A stretch of DNA of 64,000 nt from Octopus sinensis (Eukaryota): positions 98,890,001-98,954,000 of the forward strand of contig NC_043004.1 in NCBI RefSeq assembly GCF_006345805.1, given 5' to 3'. The position numbers and the translations under genes are program-made. The notes under the pieces were generated by a model that did not search any database, was not told the DNA's origin, and saw only the letters and a list, made by a program, of their open reading frames with translations. Below are positions 1-12,425 of this stretch, in pieces. The number at the start of each line of letters is the position of its first letter. Position 1 is the stretch's first letter.

Positions 1-1410
1 TTGTTGGTTGCGATGTCGAAGGTATTTCTCTTCTTCGTGATGTGATTGATGAGGGGGAAACAGTTTTTGTATTGTCCGCTGTTTTTCCTATCTTTTGGGT
101 TGAAGGTGGTGTGGGTAGCAGGGGTTTTCTTCCAGGTTTTGGGAGTGGTTGCTGTTGCTGTTGCCTATTTCTGATAGCAGTTGGGCACTCATATCTGAGA
201 TGTGCCTCACCGTTGCACAAATAGCATCGTGCCCTCCTGCCCTCCACCGCTACATACGATTTTTGGTCGTTTGCCAGTTGAACACTTGTTGGTAAATTGT
301 TTATTGCTTCTTGGGAGATTTAAAGCAATATTTTGAGCTTTTTACCAGTCCAGCTTTCCTCTGGAATGTCAGCTATTTCTAAAATATCTGCTTCTATATC
401 AAAGCAGATGGTCGATACCAGCCACTGGGTATCCACTACTGGAGGCACATTGTTTATTGTTACTTTCGTTACTCTGCGCCCAAGATAGCTAGGTGCCATT
501 GTTACCTGGTCTGTGCGCAGAGTAAGCATTGAAAACTTTTTTGTTAGTTCTTCCGTATGGAAGCGAACTTGCACGGTAGCAAATTTACTTCCCCAATTCA
601 CATAATTTCGGAATTTCCACACGGAAGAGAGGCACTTCTCAATCTTTTCTGTAGGTGGGCTTTCTAGTCTTTTTGTTTTGGTGTTGAGTATTCTGTAAAT
701 GATGGTCTTCTTTAGTGTTTCTTCTATGATGTTCCGTGGAATATGTAAATGTATTGTGTTGCCTTCTTTGGTGAGCAAGGATTTTGTGTCTTGTATTTGT
801 TGATGAGTAAATTTTAGGATTCTTCTTTTCGGTCGTATGGCTTCCGCAAAATTCGTCTTGTTTTTTGTGGAGGTGGTGGTGGTGATGTTTGTGGCTGAAT
901 CGTTTGTAGTAGTAGTAGATAACTGTGAAGTCGGTTGTTTACCAGTTTTTGAGTGGAGGTCGCGATGTTAGCGTTCATGCTTGCATTTTGTGCTTGTGAT
1001 GATTTCCCCCATTTCCCCTCCTTCATGAAATTGTGGTGAAAGCAGTATAGGGAAATCAATGTCGTAAGCGTTGCCAAGGAGGGTGTCGGTGTTGATGGTG
1101 GAATCATTGGTTGTCGTGACGAGGATTGGCCTTACGACCTTGGTTTTGTTGTTGTTGTTGGTAGTGGTATCGTTAGCAGAGGAAGCAGTTGTAGTAGCAG
1201 AAGCTGCTGTGGTGGTGGTGTCTGTGTTGATGGTGAAATCATTGGTGGCGGTGACTGTGGATGGCCTGGTTTTGTAGTTGTTGCTTTTGTTGATGCTGAT
1301 GGTGGTGGTGTGGTGGTGGTGGTGGTGGTGGTGGTGGTGTTAGTGGAGTTCAAACTGTCAGGTTCAGCGTTTGGTTGCAGGGAATCTTGCTCTTTTGTTT
1401 CGCCGTCATG
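1..1410 (-). pseudogene. Decayed ORF1 (gag-like, RRM-like region plus CCHC zinc knuckle) of a Tx1/L1-clade non-LTR retrotransposon; runs off the window start
   Basis: One minus-strand frame is open from ~967 to 1 except for a single TAA at 320-322. It reads ...RVTKVTINNVPPVVDTQWL...YVAVEGRRARCYLCNGEAHLRYEC..., with CX2CX4HX4C at 185-226. The upstream Thr/Pro-rich low-complexity part is frameshifted; candidate ATG at 1407-1409. Confidence 0.75.
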
Positions 1411-1689
1411 CTAACAGTATCAATGCAGGGAGAATGAAACGTAAACTCTGTGATTATGAAATAAGCTTCCTAAGCACACGGTCATGCTGGAGCAATGATT
1501 TCAACACACACAAACATCCAAATATATCACCACCATCTCTCTTGCATTTTTCAATTCTATGTCTCTTCCTAAGTCTCTCTTTCTTGCTCTTTATTTCCAC
1601 CTGGCATATCGTTGTATCTCGTCTAAAGTGAGACACCTATAGATCTATACCTGTATTATTCTCTTAACCTCTCATCAAATGACACAACA

Positions 1690-1945
1690 TCTCCTCCCTC
1701 AATACTACTTCCGCTATTCAAGTGGACTCTGTCTTGCAAGTGACTTGGTAATCTCACTGGTGCTAGTGCCATGAAAATGCACCCAGTTCACTCTGTGGTT
1801 AACCAAGTGGTTGGTGTCAGGAAGGGCATCCAGCTGTAGAAATCATACCAAGACAGACAAAAATGCTTGGAACAGTCCTCTGGCTTGTCAGCTCTTGTCA
1901 AACTGCCCAACCCATTCAGGCATAAGAAATAGATATGATGATGAT
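1690..1945 (+). mobile_element. RTE-LINE 3' UTR fragment with (GAT)n tail
   Basis: GTGGTTGGTGTCAGGAAGGGCATCCAGCTGTAGAAA...CCCAACCCAT followed by GATGATGAT; same motif as the 3' UTR at 61250-61715. Confidence 0.7.
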
Positions 1946-2825
1946 GATGACAATGACGATGATGACGACGATGACAACGACGACAATGATGATCATAATC
2001 ATGATGATGATGCTGACAACAATGATATGGTATTTATTTATCCACTACTTATTTTCAGCTTTCTGGCTGCATCCATGATGGGGCAAGGCTTCAAAACTTT
2101 GGTTGATCACAATATTGATGACAATATTGATTTTTAATCTGATACTTATCTTTATTGATCTTTCTTTCTTGAACAGTTTACAGAACGTAAAACGTACGCA
2201 ACATAAATAACATACTTTCTTTTTGTTTTAAACAGAGGTAAACATAAATATAGATACGGATACAGACAGAGACAAATATCCATATACATTTATTCATTTC
2301 GCATCCATTTTCTATGCTAGCATGGGTTAGATGGGTATCATTTGAGGCAGATTTTACAAAGAGATGCCCTACCTCGGCCACCAATTTTTACCTGTCACAA
2401 ATCAAGTGGGTTTTTTTTTCTTTAGAAGCCTCCAAAACACAGAGCAACAAGGAATGTCAACATCACCATCATTTTACTCAGACAGAGACAAGCATTAAAT
2501 ATAAACGTTCACACATTGTCTGACACTTATCCAATATGTCTTGCAGAGGGACTGAACCCAAGTCTATGTGGTTGACAAATGAACTTGTTAACTAATATGC
2601 ATAGATATATGTATATATAGGTACAAATAAGATGATAATTTATTTTTGAATGCAGAGACGCCTTTAGAACAGCAGAAGTATTGAGCAAATTACCCTTACA
2701 AAACAGAAAACTTTGTCAACAACCAGCTATATATACAGGGAGAATTCACGAATAAAACAAAAGATGAAGACAGGTGTATAGAAAACAAACAGATATATAT
2801 ATATATCCTTTGTTTATCTTTTTAT

Positions 2826-3250
2826 CTTTTACTTGTTTCAGTCATTAGACTGTGGCAATGCTGGAGCAATGCTTCGAAAGATTTTAGTTGAATGAAGCTA
2901 CCTGGTACTTATTCTATCTATCTCTTTTACCAGACTGCTATGTTATGGAGACGTAAACACCAGTGGTGTGTTTACGTCCCCGTAACTTGGTGTCAAGCAG
3001 TGATGGAGGAACAAACACAGATACAAGGACACACACACACATATATATATACATATATTTATGCATAACTGCAATGGGCTTCTTTCAGTTTCCATCTACC
3101 AAATCCACTCACAAGGCTTTTCTCTGCCTGAGGCTATAGTAGAAGACACTTGCCCAAGTTGCCATGCTATGGGGTTGAAACCAGAACCATGTGATTGGGA
3201 AACAAAGGAGTGAACCCAGACATATGAGGTTGGAAAGCAAACTTCTTACC
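2826..3250 (-). mobile_element. SINE family A (tRNA-derived, ~400 bp, internal TA/TG microsatellite), diverged copy
   Basis: Colinear similarity to the better copies at 19485-19888 and 42006-42412. Confidence 0.8.
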
Positions 3251-3581
3251 TATAATATGTGTATATGAGTGTAGACACATACACACACACACATACATGT
3301 TTCCCAACCTCACGGTTATGGTTTCAATATGTCTCCACACTATCGATTTGCAATAAGAAAATATGAAGTCCTATCAGAATTTACATGCCATGGACCTTTC
3401 TAACCATTCTATGATTCTATGCAGCACTTTCCTTGGATAATGGAACAGCAACTGCAACATCCAAAATATATTTTTTATTTTTATTCTCTTATTTTCCTTT
3501 ATACTTCCTATATCTCTCCCTTTCCAAAACAACTGCTTTTATTGAACTCTACTATTTCCCTCCGTTTAACTCTCTCATATT

Positions 3582-3629
3582 GTCTCTGATGAAGAGATAT
3601 CCTTCATATTCCCGAAACAACTGTAAGAC
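3582..3629 (+). ncRNA. Type I hammerhead ribozyme motif, slightly decayed, in a PLE pseudo-LTR-like fragment
   Basis: GTCT-CTGATGA-A-GAGATAT ccttc ATATTCCC-GAAA-CAACTG-TA^AGAC. Stem I GTCT/AGAC, intact core, stem III one mismatch from the palindrome CAGCTG. Confidence 0.65.
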
Positions 3630-3728
3630 TACCTTTTTCTCTTTATAAATGTCCTGGAAATTTCACACTGCCTTGGTTTTTCTGTCTCATTTAACATACA
3701 CATATGTATATACATACATATATATATG

Positions 3729-4129
3729 TAGGAGTGGCTTGCTTACCAACCACATGGTTCCGGGTTCAGTCCCACTGCATGGCATCTTGAGCAAGTGTCT
3801 TCTACTATAGCCTCGAGCCAACCAAAGCCTTGTGGGTGGATTTGGTTGACGGAAACTGAAAGAAGCCTGTCGTATATATGTATATATATATATATATATA
3901 TGTATGTGTCTGTATATGTTTGTGTGTCTGTGTTTGTTCCCCCAACATCGCTTGAAAACCGATGCTGGTGTGTTTACATCCCCCTAACTTAATGGTTCGG
4001 CAAAAGAGACTGATCGAATAAGTACTAGGCTTACAAAGAATAAGTCCTGGGGTCGATTTGCTCGACTAAAGGTGGTACTCCAGCATGGCCAATGTCAAAT
4101 GACTGAAACAATTAAAAGAGTAAAGAGAG
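3729..4129 (+). mobile_element. SINE family A
   Basis: GGAGTGGCT...GGTTCAGTCCC head, internal (TA)n, AAAGAGTAAAGAG tail. Confidence 0.85.
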
Positions 4130-4167
<38 letters not shown>

Positions 4168-4512
4168 CATTCATTATATATTCATTCTTAAACAAGAATG
4201 TTGTTGACAGTGACTTTGAAGTTTTTGTCAGTTAAGCCATCATCAGACTGCAGTCTGACAATACCTCAACTTTCCAAAATGTTGCTGTCTCTGTTGACAA
4301 TATTCTTGATTAAGAATAAACTCATATTTTACAAAAGTATAGAATAACTTCTGAGATTAATGTAAAACTGATTGTAGCAAGCTCGCAGAATCATTAGTAT
4401 CCCGTTGAGTACATATTCCTCCAAGGCTGACTTTGTCCTTTATTCTTTTGAGGTCAATAAAATAAGTACTAGTTGAATCAGTTCCTTCCCTCCCACAAAT
4501 TTGCTGCCCTTA

Positions 4513-4557
4513 CATCATCATCGTTTAACATCCGTTTTCCATGCTGGCATGGGTTGG
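4513..4557 (-). mobile_element. Extreme 3' end of the RTE LINE, abutting the U2 copy
   Basis: Reverse complement reads CCAACCCATGCCAGCATGGAAAACGGATGTTAAACGATGATGATG, matching the RTE terminus at 61660-61715. Confidence 0.85.
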
Positions 4558-4579
4558 GCGGGAAACGGTTGGGTGGGAG

Positions 4580-4762
4580 ATGGGCTGAATCCTGGAAGCA
4601 TTGCAATATCAGAACAACTTGTGGCAAAGGTGAAGCAAGCCCTTAACACTTCGCCTCGTTCTAAAAATCAGTTTAATATCGATGGCCCCAAATAGGGACC
4701 GTATTAGATATTAAGCTGATAAGAACAGATTCTACACTTTGATCTTAGCCAAAAGGCCGAGA
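4580..4762 (-). pseudogene. U2: U2 snRNA retropseudogene (nt ~7 to 3' end)
   Basis: Minus strand reads TCTCGGCCTTTTGGCTAAGATCAAAGTGTAGAATCTGTTCTTATCAGCTTAATATCT, the conserved U2 5' domain. It continues through an Sm-like site AAACTGATTTTTAGAA and 3' stem-loops (GCTTGCT...ATTGCA...CCAGGA). It has an extra A in GATCAAAG, and the branch-point pairing sequence GTAGTA is changed to GTAGAA. Confidence 0.9.
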
Positions 4763-4906
4763 TAGATAGATAGATATAGATATAGATAGATAAATAGGTA
4801 GATAGATAGATAGATATAGATATAGATATAGATAGATAAATAGATAGATATAGATATAGATAGGTAGAGAAATAGATAGATATAGATAGATAGATATAGA
4901 TAGATA

Positions 4907-5113
4907 ATCATCATCATCATTGTTCGACCGTGGTCGAGACAATGGAATTTACTATGTTACGCCAGACTTCACGGTCCATCATAGCATTACAGAGGTCCTG
5001 TTGCTGGATGCCTGTATCCCTGGAGATTACATCAGGGTAGGAGAGTGTGCGCCCTCTGGTATTGCGAGTAGATGGCTTCCAGAGGAGGAGAGTAGAAATT
5101 ACTTCTTTTTCAG
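4907..5113 (-). mobile_element. 5'-truncated RTE-type LINE: ORF2 C-terminus directly followed by a (GAT)n tail, inside a (GATA)n tract
   Basis: LLLWKPSTRNTRGRTLSYPDVISRDTG...AMMDREVWRNIV* resembles RTE-clade ORF2 C-termini; the stop codon lies in the tail. Confidence 0.75.
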
Positions 5114-5593
5114 ATAGATAGATAAACAGATAGATAGATAGACAGATATAAATAAATAGGTAGATAGATAGATAGATAGATAGATAGATATAGATAAATA
5201 GGTAGACATAGATAGATAGATAATTCACATATATATATGATAGATATGCATATGCTTGTGTGTGCATGTATATTTGCATTTGTGTGTTTGTGTGTGTGCA
5301 TGTGGCTGTGTCTGTGTGTCCAAAAACATTCTGTCGATAGATTCTATTAAATTTTGGAAATAAAATGTATTTCAATAAACATCGACATTATAATCATCTA
5401 ATGTGAGTATATATTTCGGTGGCATCAAATTTTTATATCTGATAGCATTTCCAATATCATTTATGTAAATAATAAGTGAAAATGGATTTAATACAGTACC
5501 CTGGGGGTGACGGGTAGCAATGCTACTGATTGTTGCTGGTTCACCAAATTTATTTACTTCTTTGTTAATTCCATTTATCTTTCTGCTGACTTA

Positions 5594-5624
<31 letters not shown>

Positions 5625-6307
5625 CCCCTCTCTCTCCCTCTTTCTCTCTCTCTCAGGAGCCAGCATCTATTTTTGTTGTTGGGTCATGTTAGGTTATGAT
5701 TAGCATATATGTGAATGACAGTGATCTTAGCAAGCTGGTAAGTCACTTTATTTCAGGAGAGACTGAGTGTGAAGGACCAGTTCACAAGTGATAGGTCTTA
5801 TGATATTGCCCTCTCGTCTGTTTATATAAGTTTATGTTGTTAAATGGGCTCACTGAGACCAGCAATTTTATTCTACTCATAAGAAATTTGAAGATGTGGC
5901 TACAAAGTTCTATACTATGGTCTGCCAGGAGGGCTTTTATACACAATATTATGAATAGTGCTAGCAAAATTGTTTAACACTAGGACCAAGATGCATTTGG
6001 ACCTTGGTGGGACAGGAAAAATATTCTTTTTTACTTTTTTTCACTCATTTGACTGTGACCACGCTGGAGCACCACTTTAAAGAGCCTTTTATTCAAAGAA
6101 ATTGACCCCAGGATTTATTCTTTGTAAGCCCAATACTTATTCTATTAGTCTCTTTTGCTGCACCATTAAGTTAGTGGGGCATAAACGCACCAACATCAGT
6201 TGTCAAGCGATGGTGGAGGGACAAACACAGACGTATATATATATATATATATATTATCTATTATATATATATATATGTTATCTATTATATATATATATAT
6301 TATTTAT

Positions 6308-6362
<55 letters not shown>

Positions 6363-6371
6363 TTATATATA

Positions 6372-6600
6372 TTTGTGGAGGTACATGGCTGAGTGGTTAG
6401 AGCAGTGGACTCGCGGTCAAAGGATCGCAGGTTTGAATCTCAGACTGGGTGATGTGTGTGTTTATGAGTGAAACACCTAAACTCAACGTGGCTTTGCCAG
6501 AAGGTAATGGCAAACTTATGCTGACTCTTTCATCACAACTTTCTCTCATTCTTTTCTCCTGCATCTTGCAGCTCATCTGCAAAGAACCGGCGTCTTGTCT
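6372..6600 (+). mobile_element. tRNA-derived SINE family D, 5' part
   Basis: GTGGAGG..ATGGCTGAGTGGTTAGAGCAG (A box) and GGTTTGAATC (B box); homologous to 51520-51897. Confidence 0.7.
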
Positions 6601-7061
6601 AAGTGGGTAACTTATATGCCAAGGAAACCTTGCTTAAGTTTCCGTCTATCAAATCCACTCACAAGAATTCGGTCGGCCTGAGGCTTATGTTTCATATCTG
6701 CATAAGCTGGGGCACTGCCTGAAACGGCTTAGTCGAACATATTGACCCCATTATATATATTTTAAAAACCTGGTGTTTTAATTCTATTGGTGTTGATTTC
6801 CAAACCACTAAGTGACATGATTGTAAGCAAGTCCTGGGGTCGGTTTTGCTTGACTAAAGACGGTGCTCCACCATGGCCACAGTCACATGACTGAAGCAAG
6901 TAAAAGAGTAAAGGAGTATATCATCATCACCATCATTTAACATCCGTTTTCCACACACATAAATACATATCCATGTATATGTTATATATATTTTGCTGCG
7001 TTTTGGGAGCATCATTACATCAATAATAATTAATACAGAAACAAAGTATGTTTTATATATA

Positions 7062-8377
7062 CAAGGTGGGGAAGAGAGGATGGGCGTTTTTGAAAAATTC
7101 GCAAAATCATTAATTTTATCTGCAAACAAATTTTATTGACATCAATGTATTTGTATTGAATTAGCAGTTGTCAAAATCAAATGTGGAAGACATCCATCAT
7201 ATGATGTCCATTTTCATTGATGCATTTCTGAAGGCGTTCTTGGAAGTTGGCCTCCAGTCTCTCCAGCATTGCTCTGTCAATCTGGGTGACTTCTATGTGA
7301 ATAGCTTCCTTCAAATTGTCCAATGTACAGGGCTTATGTGCATACACATGTGCCTTGAGGTTTCTGCACAAGAAATAATCACGCGTGGACAAATCAGGGC
7401 ACTGGGGAGGTCAAGGAATATCAGCAAACCTGGAAATTAGGTGGTCACTGAAGAGAGGGTGAAGAACGTCCGTTGATGCCCTGGCTATGTGGGCTGTTGC
7501 CCCTTTCTGTGGAAACCACACACACATTGAACAGGCATACGTTTTCGTCATAATTCAGACACAAAGAAGTTGTTCAACATCTCGATGTAACAGCATTTCA
7601 GTTATTGACTTCAAAAAAGTAAGGACCAACGATGGTAGCTTTTCCAACAGCACGCCAGGCCATCACTTTGGGCTGCTGTTTAGTGGTCTTTCATGTAGTT
7701 CTCTGGGATTTTGAAGAGCCCAGTAATGACAGTTCTGTTGATACATCGTGCCATTGAGACGAAAATGAGCTTCATCAATCATTAACAAAATGAGGTTGCC
7801 ATTTGCCTAAAAAATTGCTTCCATCTGACATGTGAGGTTAAGCTGCTGTGCATAGTGTCATGGTTTCAACTATTGCCCAGTGACCAATTTGTACAGGTGG
7901 AAATGCAGGTATTCATGCAAGATACACCTTACTGATTTATTATCGATGCCAGGTTCAGTGGAATGTATCTGAGTAGAGCGATTCAGACTCAAAGTTTGTC
8001 TGACAGGTTCCACATTTTCTGGGGTGTGTACCGTTTGTGGTGACCCCACCAGTTTCTTGTTCATTAGTGTACCTCGTGTATGAAACGTATTCACCCAACG
8101 TAAGGTTGTGTTTCAGGGGGGAACAGCCCAATTTTAATGAATTTTGAAGTGGCACCAAAACTCATGCTTAACTGCTATGACAGACTCGTTATTTTTCATG
8201 CAACTGTCATAGGCAAACACGTGATGCTCTATCATCCACAGCACCATGGAATCTCCAGAAAATAAAAAAAGATGCTAAGACACAACAGACCGAATGGTAT
8301 CTGTTGGATATAAAACCTTCCCACTGAGACTGAGTAATAGCCATTTCAAAAACGTCAGTCCTCTCTGCCCCACCCTA
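7062..8377 (-). mobile_element. Full-length decayed Tc1/mariner DNA transposon, DD41D (rosa/Visitor-like) spacing
   Basis: Imperfect TIRs (CAAGGTGGGGAAGAGAGGA..CGTTTTTGAAA at 7062; reverse complement at 8343-8377) flanked by TA. Transposase remnants: DEAHF, WFPQKGATAH (from WFQQDGA) and PPQCPDLSTRDYFL...LQKCINENGHH. 41 residues lie between the 2nd and 3rd catalytic positions. Stops and frameshifts are present. Confidence 0.85.
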
Positions 8378-8387
8378 TATATATATA

Positions 8388-8546
8388 TGTAATATAATAT
8401 GTGACAATTATTCGGTGTCATAATAGGACTCTGAGTTTTGGATGTTGGGGCTCAAATCTGCTCCGGCATCTTGTAAGTTATTAAGACATTCAAAAAATGC
8501 ATTTTTTATTATGGCAACCGAATAATTGTGACATATTATATTTACA
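8388..8546 (-). mobile_element. 159-bp fold-back element with ~39-bp terminal inverted repeats and a decayed hammerhead motif (8421-8483)
   Basis: 8388-8425 is the inverted repeat of 8507-8546. The interior on the minus strand reads TAATAA-CTTACAA-GATG...CATCC-AAAA-CTCAGAG-TC^CTATTA. Confidence 0.55.
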
Positions 8547-8758
8547 GATAAATTCCTCTATTTACATAATATCAAGGTCTCATCCATTCTTTTGTTGTCA
8601 TACCATTACTATTAATATATATATATATATATACACAGACACCCAACTAGACTGCAGTCTATTGACTGGAACAAGTTAAGCGATAAAAGATGTATACTAT
8701 ATATACATACCTCTATATACTTATCTATCATTCTAACCATGTATGTATGTATATATGC

Positions 8759-8801
<43 letters not shown>

Positions 8802-9039
8802 TATATATATCTGCTGCATCAAAAATCTTCAATGGCTGCATAACTACCATTTCAGCTATAACCCTGGAGCCCCAGTAATCTGTTACAGTACTTCCCTAGC
8901 GTAACTATTTGCTTAGACCACCTGTGAACAACATCTCCATACTTTGTGTGTGTATATATATATATATATATATTCTCCCCAGACACAGCAAAATATGCTT
9001 CAACACACAAACTCATATAAAGAATCTTGCAAACCAAAT

Positions 9040-9190
9040 CCAAAAACGAAATACAGTTCAAACTTATAGAAAATCAAAGACAAAGGCAGGTGTAGGAACA
9101 ACAAGCAAGTGTATTAGTTTGACACTTGGGAAAAATGGAAGAGACTTTTTCATTTCGAGCCTAGTGCTCTTCAACAGAAAGAAGAAGAGG
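9040..9190 (-). mobile_element. PLE pseudo-LTR-like fragment with variant hammerhead-like motif (9143-9181)
   Basis: Reverse complement CTGTTGA-A-GAGC acta GGCTC-GAAA; related to the motifs at 24128 and 24252. Confidence 0.45.
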
Positions 9191-9274
9191 AAATGAATAG
9201 GAGAAAGAAAAAAAATAAGGTGTTGAGTTTCAGTGGTCCAAAATGTGGATATGCGCTTGTTGTGTGTATGTATA

Positions 9275-9344
<70 letters not shown>

Positions 9345-9596
9345 GAGAGAGAGAGAGACAAGTGGACTGGCAGGCAAACAGGGCAACACGGACAGACAGT
9401 CAGAGAGAGTGAAGAGAGAGTGAGGGATGCATATACATGAGCTGGTATATATGTAAATTTATGAATGTGTGTGTGTGTATAAAATGTATGGATGTGTATA
9501 TAAAGGGATATGTATGTATATGAGTTTGTCAAAGCACACACAAACACACATGCACACATGTTTGTGTGTGCTTTGACAAACACATACACAAACACA

Positions 9597-9629
<33 letters not shown>

Positions 9630-9848
9630 ATACAGCATGTTAAGAAATCATTTACTTTAAGCACACACAGAGAATATTCAGACATCCTTTTGATACATCA
9701 AGTTTAGAATTTTAATCAACTATTTATTTTTTTAATATATTTTTTATTCATCATTATTATCATTATTTTATTAGTTTTTTTCTAATAAGTTTCTAAAAAT
9801 TTTCATCAAAACTTTATGATATATATGTATATATATATATAGAGAGAG

Positions 9849-9908
<60 letters not shown>

Positions 9909-10545
9909 CGATAGATCGATAGATAGATACATACATACATAGACAGATACATAGAGAGAGAGACACATAAATAGACATATATATATATAGATAGATAGAT
10001 AGATAGGTAGATGGATAGATAGATAGTCATATATATATGTAGGTATGTATGTATGCATATATATGAATATGTACACACATGCACACACACACATTCATAC
10101 ACACACACGCACACATATTCATACACACATATATGTATATATGAAAAAAAAACAGCGTTTTATCAATATAGTTCATTTAATTTCCTTTCATATATTTACT
10201 TTATATTCTTCACGCATTTCGCAATTTTATTTCTTTATTTAATTAAATGTTTATTTATTTCCTGTAAATCAAAATTCCCAGAAATATATATGCCTGATAT
10301 TGAAGTTATTTCAATTCATATTTTCTGATCCCCCCTTATATTTTTTTTATTATTTTAAAACCTTTACTTAAATTAATAAAAAAAAATTTACTCTGATGGT
10401 ATATATATGTAGACATATTTTGGTTAAAAAGTGTATCTCTGCATGTATGTGTGTAAATATACATATATATATATATTATATATATTATATATATATATGC
10501 ATATATATATATCTGTGTGTGTGTGTGTGCATGTATAATATGTAT

Positions 10546-10577
<32 letters not shown>

Positions 10578-10846
10578 TTACACACATACATGCAGATATA
10601 TATATATATATATAATATATATATATATAATATATATATAAGCATATATAGTACATATATATATTATTATATAATATATATATATATATATGCATATATA
10701 TATATCTGGTGTGTGTGTGTGCATGTATATATATGTATGTATATATATATATATATATATATGTATATTTACACATACATGCAGATATAATAAATATTAT
10801 ATATATAATATATATATATATATAAATATATTATAAGCATATATAA

Positions 10847-10894
<48 letters not shown>

Positions 10895-11133
10895 GCCTGA
10901 TGAAGCCTTCTGGCTTCACAGACCCCAGTAGAACCGTCCAACCCATGCTAGCATGGAAAACGGACGCTAAATGATGATGATATATATATGTGTGTGTGTG
11001 TGTATGTATGTAATACACATGAATTTTTACACATAAATGCGCATACATGTCTCTATCAATATACATATTTCCAAACAAAAGTTCACACAAGCATGCACAT
11101 TCACACATGCATCTTTACACAAACGCCCGCACG

Positions 11134-11167
<34 letters not shown>

Positions 11168-12040
11168 ATACACACACATTTATACAGACATAAGTACACA
11201 TTTATTGACTGAGTGGGTGATGCTGAAATTAAAATGTTATTACTATTGAGATTGGAAAAGTTTTTTCCTGCTATTTTTTTTTTTTTGTTCTTTCTTTTTC
11301 TTAATATCTCTCTCATATCATATCATATCATATCATATCATTCCATTTGATATTATTTATATATATTTCCCCATCAAATTGATAGACTATCTCTTTAACA
11401 CAACACGTTTCGCATTTCAGGGTCAGACATTTTTTTTATTAATACTATCATCATTATTTATTATTAGTTTTATATATTTTCATATACATAAATATATATC
11501 TATATATTTTATACACACACACATATATATATACATATATGCATTTATATATATGCACATTATTATATGAGCATATATATGTATTTGTCTTCATATATAT
11601 ATATATATAATTATATACATGTATGTATATGTATATATATATATATGTATATATATGTATGTATATGTATATATATATATATATATATACATATATAATA
11701 TATAAGATATATGTATATATATATGTATATAAATGTATGTATGTATGTATATATATATATATATATATATAAAATTTAGCAATTAAGGACAACTACTTAA
11801 TAAGGAAAACTTACAAGAAATTGTCAGGTAGATAGCGTAAAAACCTCATAAGAGAAAAAATTTCGAAAATAATATTCTTATTGAACATATTAATTTATAT
11901 ATAGAGGGCATTATACATACATGCCAGGAGGCATTCTACATACACGCCATACGCTAAGAGGGACAATCAGTCATTTCTACCAAAAATATTACTAATCCTA
12001 CCGAATGCAATTTTTCAAAGAAAGACATTTAAAAATATAT

Positions 12041-12088
12041 AGACCTGTATCACAGTGATTTCATACTTACGTAATCATCAGCAGGCCT
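12041..12088 (-). ncRNA. Type I hammerhead ribozyme (antisense arm copy)
   Basis: Exact reverse complement of 12378-12425. Confidence 0.8.
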
Positions 12089-12377
12089 GAATATACTATA
12101 AATAAACAACGACCCTGCTTCGCTTAAGCCGATCAGCTAACTGATCAACATCAACGAAGCACATGGGTGAATTATAGATACTATATCCGGATGAATGGCA
12201 AACTTTTACGAATTGCATTTCGGGAGAGGAAAAGTTTTTCGGAATAAAAATTTAGCAATTAAGGACAACTACTTAATAAGGAAAACTTAACAAGAAATTG
12301 TCAGGTAGATAGCGTAAAAACCTCATAAGCTGATCGGCTTAAGCGAAGCAGGGTCGTTGTTTATTTATAGTATATTC

Positions 12378-12425
12378 AGGCCTGCTGATGATTACGTAAG
12401 TATGAAATCACTGTGATACAGGTCT
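12378..12425 (+). ncRNA. Type I hammerhead ribozyme, copy 1
   Basis: AGGCCTG-CTGATGA-T TAC GTAA GTA T-GAAA-TCAC T GTGA-TA^CAGGTCT. 7-bp stem I, full core, GNRA-capped stem II, palindromic stem III; predicted cleavage after 12418. Confidence 0.8.

Noticed and set aside
4580-4762. Functional U2 gene or U2-targeted (Utopia/Keno-type) insertion
   Set aside because: The 5' end is lost in (GATA)n, the branch-pairing motif is mutated, there is no promoter upstream, and U2 is not interrupted internally
10893-10930. CTGATGA as a hammerhead core (also 29675, 35217, 54497)
   Set aside because: No downstream stem II-GAAA-stem III-UH arrangement; 10893 is part of the RTE 3' UTR
9200-11770. Many ORFs rich in YI/HT/CV dipeptides (also 16500-17100, 25200-25560, 26630-27530)
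   Set aside because: Translations of (TA)n and (CA)n microsatellites
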